Assembly: GCA_016188835.1 (NCBI GenBank)
Contig: JACPHB010000006.1
Location: 1,877-65,876, forward strand
Source: Parcubacteria group bacterium
GTDB lineage: Bacteria; Patescibacteriota; Minisyncoccia; UBA10092
Direction: 5' to 3'
DNA length: 64,000 nucleotides
The translations under genes and the position numbers were made by a program. The notes under the pieces are model-generated. The model worked only from the letters and a program-made list of their open reading frames with translations. It did no database searches and was not told the origin of the DNA. Positions 47,501 to 57,003 of the stretch are shown in pieces (position 1 is the first letter of the stretch; every line of letters begins with the position of its first letter).

Positions 47501-48163
47501 AAACTTATTGCTCCATTTCTGCCGTTTTTATCTGAGGAAATTTACTTATACTTAACCCGCTTCGCTAAAGCTCCAGCGAGGCGAGAAGACAAAACAATGC
47601 CGGATTCGGTGCATCTCTGCGACTGGCCGAAATCCGACAAAAAATTTATCAATCAGAAATTGGAAGAACAAATGGATTTAGTTAGGGAGATGGCCGCCAA
47701 AGGGTTGGCGCTTCGAGCGGAGGCGGGAATTAAAGTGAGGCAACCGCTCGCTTCGCTCCAATTTCCAATTTCTAATTTTAAATTTTCAAAAAATAAAGAA
47801 CTTTTGGAGTTGATTAAAGACGAGGTAAACGTGAAAAAAATTATTTTTGGCAATAAGTTTAAATTGGACGCAAAAATCACACCAGAATTAAAAGAAGAGG
47901 GAATTATAAGGGATTTGGCGCGGCAAATTCAGGAAATGAGGCGTGACGGGGGATTGGTGCCGAAAGATTTTATAAAAATTTATTTTAAAATTAACGATGT
48001 CGAATTGGAAAACACTGTTAAAAAACGGCAAAAAAATCTCATGATTAACGTAGGCGCAAAAACCATTGAACTTATTGACGTCGCAAAAGAAGGTCTTTTA
48101 ATCGACCGGCACTTTGAACGCGGCGGGGAAGATGTGTGGATAGGATTTGAAAAAATAAAATGA
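44585..48163 (+). CDS. ileS: isoleucine-tRNA ligase (type 2-like) with inserted histidine-phosphatase domain
   Basis: DGPITAN, WTTTPWTL, GTGLVH, DWLISKKRYWG, EMHKS; RHG domain at about 46061-46615. Confidence 0.92.
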   Translation: MELFSPKTEEKILDFWQKNQIFEKLRQKIRGQKHWSFLDGPITANNPMGVHHAWGRTYKDLFQRYKAMRGFDQRFQNGFDAQGLWVEVEVEKELGFKSKKDIEKYGIAKFVEKCKERVRKYSEIQTNQSIRLGQWMDWKNSYYTMSNENNIAIWHFLKKCREKGLLYKGHDVVPWCWRCGTAISQHEILTEDYKEVTHDSVYIEYPIVGNRASNIFNKKNTYLLVWTTTPWTLLGNAAIAIDPEKIYAEATGEIKGNSYYLIKTAAEKLNLKIIRTFKGKELVGLIYKSPFDNLPTVKKTLSGFVHKVVATDSRILPVSEEEGTGLVHIAPGQGVEDYRLAKKLKIPAVNLIDDAAVYLKDLGQFSGKNAKEHPEIIINYLKTADFLFDAPKYTHRYPICWRCKTELVWKIADEWYISMDKLRKPLMEIAKKIKWIPSFGLGREIDWLKNMSDWLISKKRYWGLALPIFECRCGNFEVVGSLADFDKYSLRKPNHYILLRHGEAENNRLKITSSYPEKEKYPLTIKGIGEIEKLIPWFKKKRVDLVFSSDILRARETAQIIAGALGKTVTYEKRLREHNFGDYNGRTHKEWHSLFGSNKTNQYATKPLGGENLKDVQKRMTSFLKELDKKYEGKTILIVSHANPIVAAASAYNGYKNEETFEKFNIDETTGSVVEIYGHNWPYNNDGDLDLHRPYVDEIRIKCSKCGKMVSRVLDVGNPWLDAGIVPYSTIGYFEEHVKLPDGSNVPGKKFWRKWFPAELVCESFPGQFKNWFYSLIVMSAVLEKVPPMKTVFGYASVRDDKGEEMHKSKGNAIWFDEAAEKIGVDVMRWMYVKQNPADNLKFGYAPAKEHERKLMNLWNSFTFFKTYASHKPSSKLSFDKLRIPSGVEGQAPSSLLDQWILSRLNNLIEKVTKDLDKYDSASASRAIEEFFIEDLSLWHIRRSRVRFQMPKSEKEKQEAVEMLYLVLFSLSKLIAPFLPFLSEEIYLYLTRFAKAPARREDKTMPDSVHLCDWPKSDKKFINQKLEEQMDLVREMAAKGLALRAEAGIKVRQPLASLQFPISNFKFSKNKELLELIKDEVNVKKIIFGNKFKLDAKITPELKEEGIIRDLARQIQEMRRDGGLVPKDFIKIYFKINDVELENTVKKRQKNLMINVGAKTIELIDVAKEGLLIDRHFERGGEDVWIGFEKIK

Positions 48164-48642
48164 ATTATTATCAAACTAAAGCCATAGTTTTGAAAAGAGA
48201 AGACATTTTTGAGGCCGATCGCATTTACAATTTATATACTGAAGAATTTGGAAAAGTTAGGGCGATTGCCGGCAGTGTTCGTAAAATCAATGCCAAACTT
48301 TCCGGACACTTAGAACCGTTTAATATTATTTGGGTTGAACTGGCGACCAAAAAAAACGGCGATTTATTTATTACCACCGCTTTGTCTTTTAAAAAACTTT
48401 TAAGTCATAATATTTTGCCTGCTCAAACCGCTCTTTTTGCCAAAATGGCAGATTTTTCCTGTTTAATGCTAAAAGGTCCGCAAAAAGACGAAATGTTATG
48501 GAGTTATATTTTAGAAAGTTTTGTAAAAGCCAGTATAGTTGGAACGGACACTGATAAATTTTTAGGCGCTTATAAAACCGGCTTCATTAAAATAATGGGA
48601 TTTGGGGATAATTTAGAAGAGGCCTTATGGTATAATTATTGA
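48160..48642 (+). CDS. recO: DNA repair protein RecO (short)
   Basis: AIVLKR...EADR...LYTEEFGKV.A.A.SVRK...KL.G.LEPF. Confidence 0.88.
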   Translation: MNYYQTKAIVLKREDIFEADRIYNLYTEEFGKVRAIAGSVRKINAKLSGHLEPFNIIWVELATKKNGDLFITTALSFKKLLSHNILPAQTALFAKMADFSCLMLKGPQKDEMLWSYILESFVKASIVGTDTDKFLGAYKTGFIKIMGFGDNLEEALWYNY

Positions 48643-48644
48643 CA

Positions 48645-50429
48645 ATGATTCAAATTCCAACACCTACGACGTCGCCGAAATTTTCCGGCCCGTCGTTGCC
48701 TCAAGCAGTTCGTTTTTTTAGTCCCCGGCAAAAAAAAATCCTGATTATCGCCAGTATCATTTTTCTTATAGTTGTTATTTTAAGTGGCATCGGTTTTTAT
48801 TTTTGGCTGACCTCGTTTAAAAAATCACGGGTTGATTTTAATATTTCTGGACCGACTCAAGCAGCCAGCGGAGAGCAAATTACCTATCAAATTTCTTATT
48901 GGAATAACACCAATCAAATTCTTCAAAACGCCAATTTAACAGTTCGTTATCCGCAAGAAGCGGTGGTTGCCGGTGGCAAGATTATTCAAAATGTTGATTT
49001 GGGCAATATCGGTATTGGCGGTGGCGGTAAAATCGAAGTTAATTTGGCTTTTGTTGGTTCGGATAAAAGTATCCAGAAACTTCAAGCAGTTTTAAGTTAT
49101 AAACCGCAAAATACCGTCTCAACTTTTGAAAATGAGGCCGTTAAAGAAGTGGCTATAAATGGTTCGGCGTTGACCGTTGATTTTAAAGCGCCGGAAACTG
49201 TTTTGCCGAACATTAGAAATGTTTATATAATCCATTATAAAAACAATACTGAAGAAGTTTTAAAGAACGTTTCAATTGAAGCAAGCTATCCGCAAGATTT
49301 CAATTTTGTGTCTTCGGATCGTGTGCCGGCAAAAAGCAATAATGTTTGGAATTTAGGCGATTTAAATCCCAATGAAGAAGGTAATATCACTGTTTTGGGA
49401 ATTTTAAGAAATACCGAAAGCGCTAACTTCGAATTGGCCATCGGCATTCGGGAAAGTGATAAATTTTTTAAGTTTAGTCGCAGTTCGGCTCAAATCAATT
49501 TAACTGCTTCGCCCATTGCTGTAGACATATCGGTAAATAATCAGTCAAGCATCACTATTAATCCGGGCGATTTTCTGCAATTTAAAATCAGCTACAAAAA
49601 TAATACCAGTATTACCTTGTCCGATATTGTTTTAAAGGCCAAGCTCGACGGTTTAATGTATGATTTTTCTTCCCTTAAGACCAAGGGTTTTTACAATGGT
49701 TCGGATAATGCCATTACTTGGAATGCCGGAAATACGGCAGAATTTAAGAATTTAGAACCAGCCGCTACGGGTGAGGTGGAATTTCAAATCACTGTTAAAC
49801 CGCAATATATTATTAGAACTTTCAGGGACAAGAATTTTTTGCTTCAGGTTTTAGCGACAATGGAAACGCCGACCGTACCGCCATCTTTAGCGGTTAAGTT
49901 GCTTTCGGTTTCAAGCGATTTAGCTTTGAAAGTTAATACTAAAGCGGAACTTAAAACCAAAGGTTATTATTATGATACGGTTATTAAAAATTCCGGGCCT
50001 TTACCGCCGAAGGTGAGTAAAACCACCACTTACACTATTCATTGGCAGGTTGCCAATTATTCTAATGATCTTGATAAAGTTATTGTCAAAACAGTTTTAC
50101 CGGAAGGCGTCAGTTGGCAGAGTAAAAAAGCCGGCGCCGGCGCCGCCACCTTAGAATACAACGATCGAACTAGCGAACTTACCTGGAACATCGGTAAATT
50201 GCCGGCTGGAACCGGACTACTGCTTGATCCGTATGAAGTGATTTTTCAAGTGGCTTTAACGCCTTCAATAAAAAATGTAAACACTATTATGCCGGTTATA
50301 AGCGATTCAAATTTAACCGCCGAGGACATTTTTACCGGTATCGGTGTCACAGCATCAGCGCCGGCGCTAAAAACCGATATGCCGGACGACCTCGGTGTCG
50401 GTTTTACTAAAAGCCGCATCCAACCTTGA
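48645..50429 (+). CDS. membrane-anchored multi-Ig (DUF11-like) protein
   Basis: TM then repeated Y.I.Y.N beta-sandwich units. Confidence 0.75.
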   Translation: MIQIPTPTTSPKFSGPSLPQAVRFFSPRQKKILIIASIIFLIVVILSGIGFYFWLTSFKKSRVDFNISGPTQAASGEQITYQISYWNNTNQILQNANLTVRYPQEAVVAGGKIIQNVDLGNIGIGGGGKIEVNLAFVGSDKSIQKLQAVLSYKPQNTVSTFENEAVKEVAINGSALTVDFKAPETVLPNIRNVYIIHYKNNTEEVLKNVSIEASYPQDFNFVSSDRVPAKSNNVWNLGDLNPNEEGNITVLGILRNTESANFELAIGIRESDKFFKFSRSSAQINLTASPIAVDISVNNQSSITINPGDFLQFKISYKNNTSITLSDIVLKAKLDGLMYDFSSLKTKGFYNGSDNAITWNAGNTAEFKNLEPAATGEVEFQITVKPQYIIRTFRDKNFLLQVLATMETPTVPPSLAVKLLSVSSDLALKVNTKAELKTKGYYYDTVIKNSGPLPPKVSKTTTYTIHWQVANYSNDLDKVIVKTVLPEGVSWQSKKAGAGAATLEYNDRTSELTWNIGKLPAGTGLLLDPYEVIFQVALTPSIKNVNTIMPVISDSNLTAEDIFTGIGVTASAPALKTDMPDDLGVGFTKSRIQP

Positions 50430-50667
50430 TTGGTTTTCATTTTATAATTTATAAAAATTTTATAAATTATAAAATGATAATAAAAAATGATGTCAAAATT
50501 TATTTCATCCTCAATTCCTTGCTATAGTTAGGAATTGAGGATATTACTATATTAGTAATACATTAACGATGAAAATATGATTATTGACAAAAACACGCCC
50601 ATTATTTAATGTATAGAGAAGATAGCATTGTACTTTTATAGTATTATCCAAGGCAAGGAGGGCTATA

Positions 50668-51150
50668 ATGTTGAAATCGGTTCTTTTGGGTTTTACTGCT
50701 TTGCTTCTCGTTGTTAGTGTTCAATTGTCAGCAGTTTCTGCAAATCAATGTGTTCCTTTGTCTGATGGCGCTGTGCCAGATGAATCAAGTGCGGGTTGGA
50801 AAGAACGCGGGTTTTCGCGGGCCGATCTTGTGATTGATGTGGAAACGAAAAGTGGAGAGCGCGTAGTTGTTGGCAATCGAAAATATTATATCCACGACAA
50901 CGGAATGAAGCTTGGAGTTTATTCATATTTTGGTAAAGTAGGATTTAAGGCCTGGTCGTGCGACAAAAATCGCGATCCGGTTACGCGCGATGCTCAAGAT
51001 CATATGATTGCTGTATCGCAGTCAGATGGTAGTTGGCTAATCCGTCACGCCCAAAGTCCTGATGTAGAGGTAGCCTTCGGTGCTGACGGAAAGCCCATGG
51101 GTGTTACGATTACACTCAACGGGATTGAAACGTGGTTCAGTAATCAGTAA
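50668..51150 (+). CDS. secreted hypothetical protein
   Basis: signal peptide, AAGGAGG SD, upstream TTGACA, downstream terminator at about 51181-51208. Confidence 0.75.
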   Translation: MLKSVLLGFTALLLVVSVQLSAVSANQCVPLSDGAVPDESSAGWKERGFSRADLVIDVETKSGERVVVGNRKYYIHDNGMKLGVYSYFGKVGFKAWSCDKNRDPVTRDAQDHMIAVSQSDGSWLIRHAQSPDVEVAFGADGKPMGVTITLNGIETWFSNQ

Positions 51151-51246
51151 ATGGATATTGTTTGATAAATAACCCTTATGAGGCTGGAAATCCCAGCCTA
51201 TTTTTTTTGTTTATTGGTTAGAAATATGTTATTCTAACTTTTAGTT

Positions 51247-52599
51247 ATGGCGCAAACAAAAGATAAAAAAGAAAATTTAATGGAAAAAATTGTGTCGCTT
51301 TGTAAAAGGCGGGGGTTTATTTTTCCCGGCAGTGAAATTTACGGCGGTCTCTCCGGCACTTGGGATTATGGCCCGGTGGGCGCGCTTTTTAAAAAAAATA
51401 TTAAAGATTTGTGGTGGCGCGACACGGTTCAGTTGCGGGACGATGTTGTTGGCGTTGATGCGGCAATCATGATGAATCCGAAAGCTTGGGAGGCATCGGG
51501 TCATACCGAGGCTTTTAGCGATCCACTTGTGGAATGTAAAATTTGTCATGAAAGATTTCGCGCCGATAAGGAAATGGAAATTAAAAATCACGAAAAAACT
51601 CATAATAAAACAATAGAATGGACCAAATCAAAGAAATTTAATTTACTAGTTAAAGCTTACCTCGGTGTTTTAGAAGGCGAGGAGTCCCAAATTTATCTTC
51701 GCGGTGAAATAACTAATGGCGTTTCTGTAAATTTTAAAAACATCATTAATTCAACTCGGGTAAAAATTCCTTTCGGCGTCGCTCAAATCGGCAAGGCATT
51801 CAGAAATGAAATCACGCCGGGCAATTTTACTTTCCGATCGCGCGAATTTGAACAAATGGAAGTCCAATTTTACATTAAGCCCGAAGAAAAAGAAGGAAAA
51901 AAATGGTTTGACTACTGGAAAAAAAACCGGATGGATTGGTATCTTTCTTTGGGCATAAAAAAAGAAAACCTAAGATTCAGAGATCATGCCTTAAATGAGC
52001 GGGCTCATTATGCCCGAATGGCAACCGATATTGAATATAAAAGTCCTTGGGGCTGGCAGGAGTTTATGGGCATTCATCACCGGGGCGACTGGGATTTGAA
52101 AAGGCACCAGCAATTTTCTGGCGAAGACATGTCTTTTAGCGACCCCCAAACCGGTGAAAAATATTTGCTGTGGGATATAGAAACTTCTGCTGGAGTTGAC
52201 CGCTCGATCCTTTTTTTATTAATTGACGCTTATCGGGAGGAGGGCGGCAGAGTTTATCTTAAACTTCATCCGGCGCTTTCGCCCTATAAAGCGGCGGTTT
52301 TTCCGCTTTTAGCCAACAAGCCCGAACTTGTAAAATTGGCGAGAAAAATTTATGATGATTTGCGGCCGCAATTTATGACGGCTTGGGATGATCGTGGCAA
52401 CATCGGCAAGCGTTACTACAGCCAGGACGAATTGGGGACGCCGTTTTGCGTTACGGTTGATTTTGACTCCCTTGAAGACAAAAAAGTTACGGTTCGCGAC
52501 AGAGACACGATGAAACAGGAAAGAATCTCAATTTTAAAATTAGCGGAATATTTAAAAAATAAATTAAATGAAGATGAAAATAAAATTTTAAAATTGTAG
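51247..52599 (+). CDS. glyQS: glycine-tRNA ligase (alpha2 type)
   Basis: RRGFIFPGSEIYGG, FRNEITP.NF.FR.REFEQME, IGKRY..QDE.GTP. Confidence 0.95.
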   Translation: MAQTKDKKENLMEKIVSLCKRRGFIFPGSEIYGGLSGTWDYGPVGALFKKNIKDLWWRDTVQLRDDVVGVDAAIMMNPKAWEASGHTEAFSDPLVECKICHERFRADKEMEIKNHEKTHNKTIEWTKSKKFNLLVKAYLGVLEGEESQIYLRGEITNGVSVNFKNIINSTRVKIPFGVAQIGKAFRNEITPGNFTFRSREFEQMEVQFYIKPEEKEGKKWFDYWKKNRMDWYLSLGIKKENLRFRDHALNERAHYARMATDIEYKSPWGWQEFMGIHHRGDWDLKRHQQFSGEDMSFSDPQTGEKYLLWDIETSAGVDRSILFLLIDAYREEGGRVYLKLHPALSPYKAAVFPLLANKPELVKLARKIYDDLRPQFMTAWDDRGNIGKRYYSQDELGTPFCVTVDFDSLEDKKVTVRDRDTMKQERISILKLAEYLKNKLNEDENKILKL

Positions 52600-52664
52600 G
52601 CGGGGTCGTGCCGTTCGCCGAAGGCGAATGGGGCTACGACAATTTTTAAATTTTATTTTCATCT
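52572..52664. repeat. hairpin element, family C copy 4
   Basis: 26-bp arms (1 mismatch); core identical to copy 3; supplies the glyQS stop codon. Confidence 0.9.
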
Positions 52665-52680
52665 GAATTCGAACAAATCA

Positions 52681-53946
52681 ATGTACAAAAAAACCACATT
52701 ATCTAATGGCTTAAGAATTATTACTGTGCCGATGACCGATACCAAAACGGTTACAATTTTAGTGCTTGTGGCGACCGGTTCAAAATACGAAACCAAAGAA
52801 ATAAACGGAATTTCTCATTTTTTAGAGCATATGACTTTTAAAGGCACCGACAAGCGACCAACGCCCTTGGCCATTGTTGAACCTCTTGACAGGATTGGCA
52901 GCCAGTATAATGCGTTTACCGGACAGGAATATACTGGATACTACGCCAAAGCCAATGGCCGCCACTTAGATTTATTGCTCGACATTGTGTCCGATATTAC
53001 TTTGAATCCAAAGTTCAAACAGGAGGAAATCAATAAAGAAAGAGGAGTAATTATTGAAGAGATAAATATGTATGAAGACAATCCGGCTAGAAAACTTGGC
53101 GATATTTGGACGGATCTTTTATATGGCGATCAGCCGGCCGGTTGGGATACAGCAGGCAAAAAAGAGATTATTGCTAAACTAATGCGCGATGACTTTATAC
53201 GGTATCACAGCGATCATTACGTCGCGTCTAAAACTGTCGTGGTTGTTTCGGGGAATATTGAAAATGACAATATTGCTAGTAAAATAAAAAAACTTTTTAA
53301 GTCAATTAGTGACGCTAAAGGAAAAGAAAAAGTTCCGGTCAAAGAATTCCAAAAAAAGCCCGAAATTAAAGTTTTTTATAAAAAAACTGATCAAACCCAT
53401 ATTGCACTGGGAGTAAGATCTTACAATATTTTTGATAAGCGACGCTACGCGGCCGATGTTTTAGCAACGATTTTGGGCGGTGGCATGTCTTCGCGCCTAT
53501 TCCAATTGCTTCGAGACAAAATGGGCGCGGCTTATTACGTAAGAACGTTTTCCGACGAGTCAACTGATACAGGTAATCTGGCTACGTGGGCTGGAATAGA
53601 CAATCGGCGGACGGAAGAAATTATTAGAGCAATTCTTAAAGAATACAAAAAAATTAAGAGCGTTAAGGTGAGTTCGGCGGAACTGACTAAAGCGAAAGAA
53701 CACTTGGAAGGCAGTTTGATTTTAGGAATTGAAACATCCGACGAACTTGCCAGTTTTTACGGTTTTCAGGAAATTTTAAAAAGAGAAATTTTAAAACCGG
53801 AAGAGGTAATAAAAAAAATCAGAGCTGTTACCATTGATGATGTTTTAGCGATAGCTCAAAATGTTTTCAAGTCCGAAAAATTAAACCTGGCCATTATCGG
53901 TCCATATAAAGAAAAAAAACAATTTGAAAATTTACTAAGAATATAA
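52681..53946 (+). CDS. M16 family zinc peptidase
   Basis: HFLEH inverted zincin motif, NAFT, GGGMSSRLF. Confidence 0.93.
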   Translation: MYKKTTLSNGLRIITVPMTDTKTVTILVLVATGSKYETKEINGISHFLEHMTFKGTDKRPTPLAIVEPLDRIGSQYNAFTGQEYTGYYAKANGRHLDLLLDIVSDITLNPKFKQEEINKERGVIIEEINMYEDNPARKLGDIWTDLLYGDQPAGWDTAGKKEIIAKLMRDDFIRYHSDHYVASKTVVVVSGNIENDNIASKIKKLFKSISDAKGKEKVPVKEFQKKPEIKVFYKKTDQTHIALGVRSYNIFDKRRYAADVLATILGGGMSSRLFQLLRDKMGAAYYVRTFSDESTDTGNLATWAGIDNRRTEEIIRAILKEYKKIKSVKVSSAELTKAKEHLEGSLILGIETSDELASFYGFQEILKREILKPEEVIKKIRAVTIDDVLAIAQNVFKSEKLNLAIIGPYKEKKQFENLLRI

Positions 53947-53994
53947 TATAATAATAAAGAGAATAAAATTTAAAATAATTTCATTCTCTTTATT

Positions 53995-55074
53995 ATGGCT
54001 TTATCCAATCGAAAAATTATAGAAATTTCACCCAAAACAATGCTTTGGGCGCTTTTAATCGGCGCCTTGGTTGCTTTGCTTTTTATGGTTCGCGACATTA
54101 TAGCGGTTTTAATTTTTGCCATAATCATTTCTTCGGCGCTTGAACCATTGCTCAGGTATTCTGAAAACAAAAAAATTCCTCGCCTCTTATCTTTAATTGT
54201 AATTTATCTTTTATTTTTTGTATTTTTTGCGGCCCTTATTTACATTCTTTTGCCGCTTATGCTTGATCAGCTCCGTGATTTTTCAGAAAATTATCCGACT
54301 TATTTCGGCAAAATAGAAGAAGCTGCCGGCACTATAACATTTTTACCCGGACTTTCCGCGAATCTTCATGATTTATTAATTCAATTGACCGGTCAAATAC
54401 CAAGTTTTACTTCGCTGATTTCTTATGCTTCATCAATATTCGGCGGCGTTATTTCTTTTATAGTAGTTTTGGTGGTTTCTTTTTATCTGTCTTTATCCAA
54501 AGGCGCCTTAGATGATTTTTTAAGTTCGGTAATGCCGCCTCAATTTGAGGCCTATGCTCACGGCTTATGGATTCGGGCTCAGAAAAAAATGGGCCGTTGG
54601 CTTCAGGCCCAGTTGCTTCTAAGTATTTTTATGGCGGTAGTTGTCGGCTTTGGCCTTTGGATTTTAGGAGTAAAGTACGCTTTTTTGATCGCTATAGTTG
54701 TCGGCATGCTTGAGGTCGTTCCTTTTGTTGGGCCGATAGTATCCGGGGGCCTCGCGACCATTTTAGCGTTATCTCAATCAGCGGTTTTGGGACTTTGGAC
54801 TCTTATTTTTTTCATTGTGGTTCAGCAGCTGGAAAATCATATTTTAGTGCCTATTTTAATAAAAAAGCTGGTGGGACTTAATCCAGTGACGGTTATTCTT
54901 GCTATTTTAGTCGGTGCCAAATTGGGAGGAATTTTAGGAATTCTTTTAGCCGTGCCTTTAGCAGCGGTTGTTGACGAATTTTTTACCGATATAGCGAAAA
55001 AACGACCGGCCAACTCCCCGATTGGATTTACGTCTGCGCTCGCAGAAGATATAAAACCAGAAAAATTAATATAG
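53995..55074 (+). CDS. AI-2E family transporter
   Basis: VPFVGP, QQLENH.L.P, GL.PV, G..G.LLAVP. Confidence 0.9.
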   Translation: MALSNRKIIEISPKTMLWALLIGALVALLFMVRDIIAVLIFAIIISSALEPLLRYSENKKIPRLLSLIVIYLLFFVFFAALIYILLPLMLDQLRDFSENYPTYFGKIEEAAGTITFLPGLSANLHDLLIQLTGQIPSFTSLISYASSIFGGVISFIVVLVVSFYLSLSKGALDDFLSSVMPPQFEAYAHGLWIRAQKKMGRWLQAQLLLSIFMAVVVGFGLWILGVKYAFLIAIVVGMLEVVPFVGPIVSGGLATILALSQSAVLGLWTLIFFIVVQQLENHILVPILIKKLVGLNPVTVILAILVGAKLGGILGILLAVPLAAVVDEFFTDIAKKRPANSPIGFTSALAEDIKPEKLI

Positions 55075-55502
55075 TGATAATAAAATTTCTACTTTTACTA
55101 TTTTTAGGAGGCCTTATTGTTCTGGTTTCTTTTTTATTTGGTTGGTATTCTGACTTAACATCACTACTCAGTTGGTGGGTAGCTAACAGTCTTCATTTTC
55201 TCGGCGGAATTTACGCTTTTTTCTTTGTTAAGTTTGTTTTTAACGCTACGCACAAGTATCACAAAACAGAAACCGCATTTTTAATGAAAATTATAATTTT
55301 TACCGGCGGCGCTTTAGTATTAGGAGTATTGTGGGAGTGGTATGAATTTATTTTTATTTATAATTATGGAAATGGAGTTTTTAGATTGCTTCCAAAAAGT
55401 ATCACCATTTATCATGACACCATGACCGATTTAATGTTTGATTTACTCGGTGCCGCATCAGTTGGAGTTTATTTAATTGTTAAAAATGGCAAAAACAAAT
55501 AA
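55074..55502 (+). CDS. membrane protein (H..GG / WE..E / DT..DL motif family)
   Basis: LHFLGG, VLWEWYEF, DTMTDL..D..GA. Confidence 0.75.
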   Translation: MIIKFLLLLFLGGLIVLVSFLFGWYSDLTSLLSWWVANSLHFLGGIYAFFFVKFVFNATHKYHKTETAFLMKIIIFTGGALVLGVLWEWYEFIFIYNYGNGVFRLLPKSITIYHDTMTDLMFDLLGAASVGVYLIVKNGKNK

Positions 55503-57003
55503 AAAATTTTACGTAACAACTTCTATTCCATATGTTAACGCCGACCCTCATATTGGATTTGCCTTGGAAGCAATTCAGGCCGATGTTTTGGCGCGTTATC
55601 ACAGATTAAAGGGAGAGGATGTTTTCTTTCTTACGGGGACAGATGAACACGGCGTTAAAGTTGTAAGGGCGGCCGAAGCGGTTGGGGAAACCCCGAAAGA
55701 ATTTGTTGATGAAATTTCAGGGAAATTTAAGGCGCTCAAAAAAACACTGATTTTATCTTGGGATGATTTTATTAGAACTTCGGACCAAAAAAGGCACTGG
55801 CCCGGTGCCCAGAAATTATGGCTGAAACTTTATAATGCCGGTAAACTTTATAAGAAACCTTACAAAGGCCTTTATTGCATCGGGCATGAAGCATTTATTA
55901 CGGAAAAAGATTTGATAGACGGGAAATGTCGTGACCATCAAAAAGATCCGGAAGTCGTTGAAGAAGAGAATTGGTTTTTTAAATTATCTGAATATAGTAA
56001 TGATATAAAATCAAAAATTGAAAGCGGCGAATTAACAATAGTCCCAGAAGGACGCAAAAACGAAATTATTTCGCTTATTAACGAAGGACTTGAGGATGTC
56101 AGTTTTTCTCGTCCGGCAAAAGATTTAAGTTGGGGTATTCCGGTGCCAAACGATCCGAAACATACGATGTATGTTTGGTGCGACGCGCTTTCAAACTATA
56201 TTTCTGCTCTTGGCTATGGGAGTACTCAAAATATCGATATATCGAAATTTCAGAAATACTGGCCGGCCGATATTCATATTATCGGAAAAGATATTTTACG
56301 TTTCCATGCCGCCATCTGGCCTGGCATGCTTTTAGCGGCTGAATTACCTTTGCCGAAAACTATTTTTGTTCACGGATTTATAACGGTTGGCGGAGAAAAG
56401 ATGTCAAAAACAATAGGCAATGTCATTAACCCGGTGGAAATTGTTAATAAATATGGCGCCGATGCCTTGCGTTATTATCTTTTGTGGGATATTACACCCA
56501 CTGGCGATGGCGATTTTACTTATGAAAAATTTGAGGAAAGATATAACAGCGGCCTTGCTAATGGTATCGGCAATCTGGTGGCGCGCGTTGCGAAATTGGG
56601 CGAAACGATTTCTCCCATTGTCTATTCGGAAGATGATATCGCGGAGTGGAATAGGAATACCAAGAAAAATATCCATAATCTGTACGATAAGTTGGTTGAC
56701 GATATCAAACTCAATGAAGCATTGGCCGTGGCCTTTTCCCTTGTTTATTCCGCAGACAAATATAATGATATTGTAGGAAACATTAAAGGCGGAGATAAGT
56801 ATATTGATGAAACACAGCCATGGACTTTAAGGGGTGACGATTTGAAAAAAGTTATTATCAATGCCTCATTCTTAATCAATTCGTTTTCCGAGTTAATTGA
56901 GCCGTTTTTGCCAGAGACCGCGGGAAAAATTAGAGAGCAAATAAAATTTGTGGGGAACAAAATAGAAATCACAAAAGGTGATAATATTTTCCCGAGAAAA
57001 TGA
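55486..57003 (+). CDS. metG: methionine-tRNA ligase
   Basis: PYVNADPHIG, GTDEHG, YVWCDAL, KMSK. Confidence 0.96.
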   Translation: MAKTNKKFYVTTSIPYVNADPHIGFALEAIQADVLARYHRLKGEDVFFLTGTDEHGVKVVRAAEAVGETPKEFVDEISGKFKALKKTLILSWDDFIRTSDQKRHWPGAQKLWLKLYNAGKLYKKPYKGLYCIGHEAFITEKDLIDGKCRDHQKDPEVVEEENWFFKLSEYSNDIKSKIESGELTIVPEGRKNEIISLINEGLEDVSFSRPAKDLSWGIPVPNDPKHTMYVWCDALSNYISALGYGSTQNIDISKFQKYWPADIHIIGKDILRFHAAIWPGMLLAAELPLPKTIFVHGFITVGGEKMSKTIGNVINPVEIVNKYGADALRYYLLWDITPTGDGDFTYEKFEERYNSGLANGIGNLVARVAKLGETISPIVYSEDDIAEWNRNTKKNIHNLYDKLVDDIKLNEALAVAFSLVYSADKYNDIVGNIKGGDKYIDETQPWTLRGDDLKKVIINASFLINSFSELIEPFLPETAGKIREQIKFVGNKIEITKGDNIFPRK

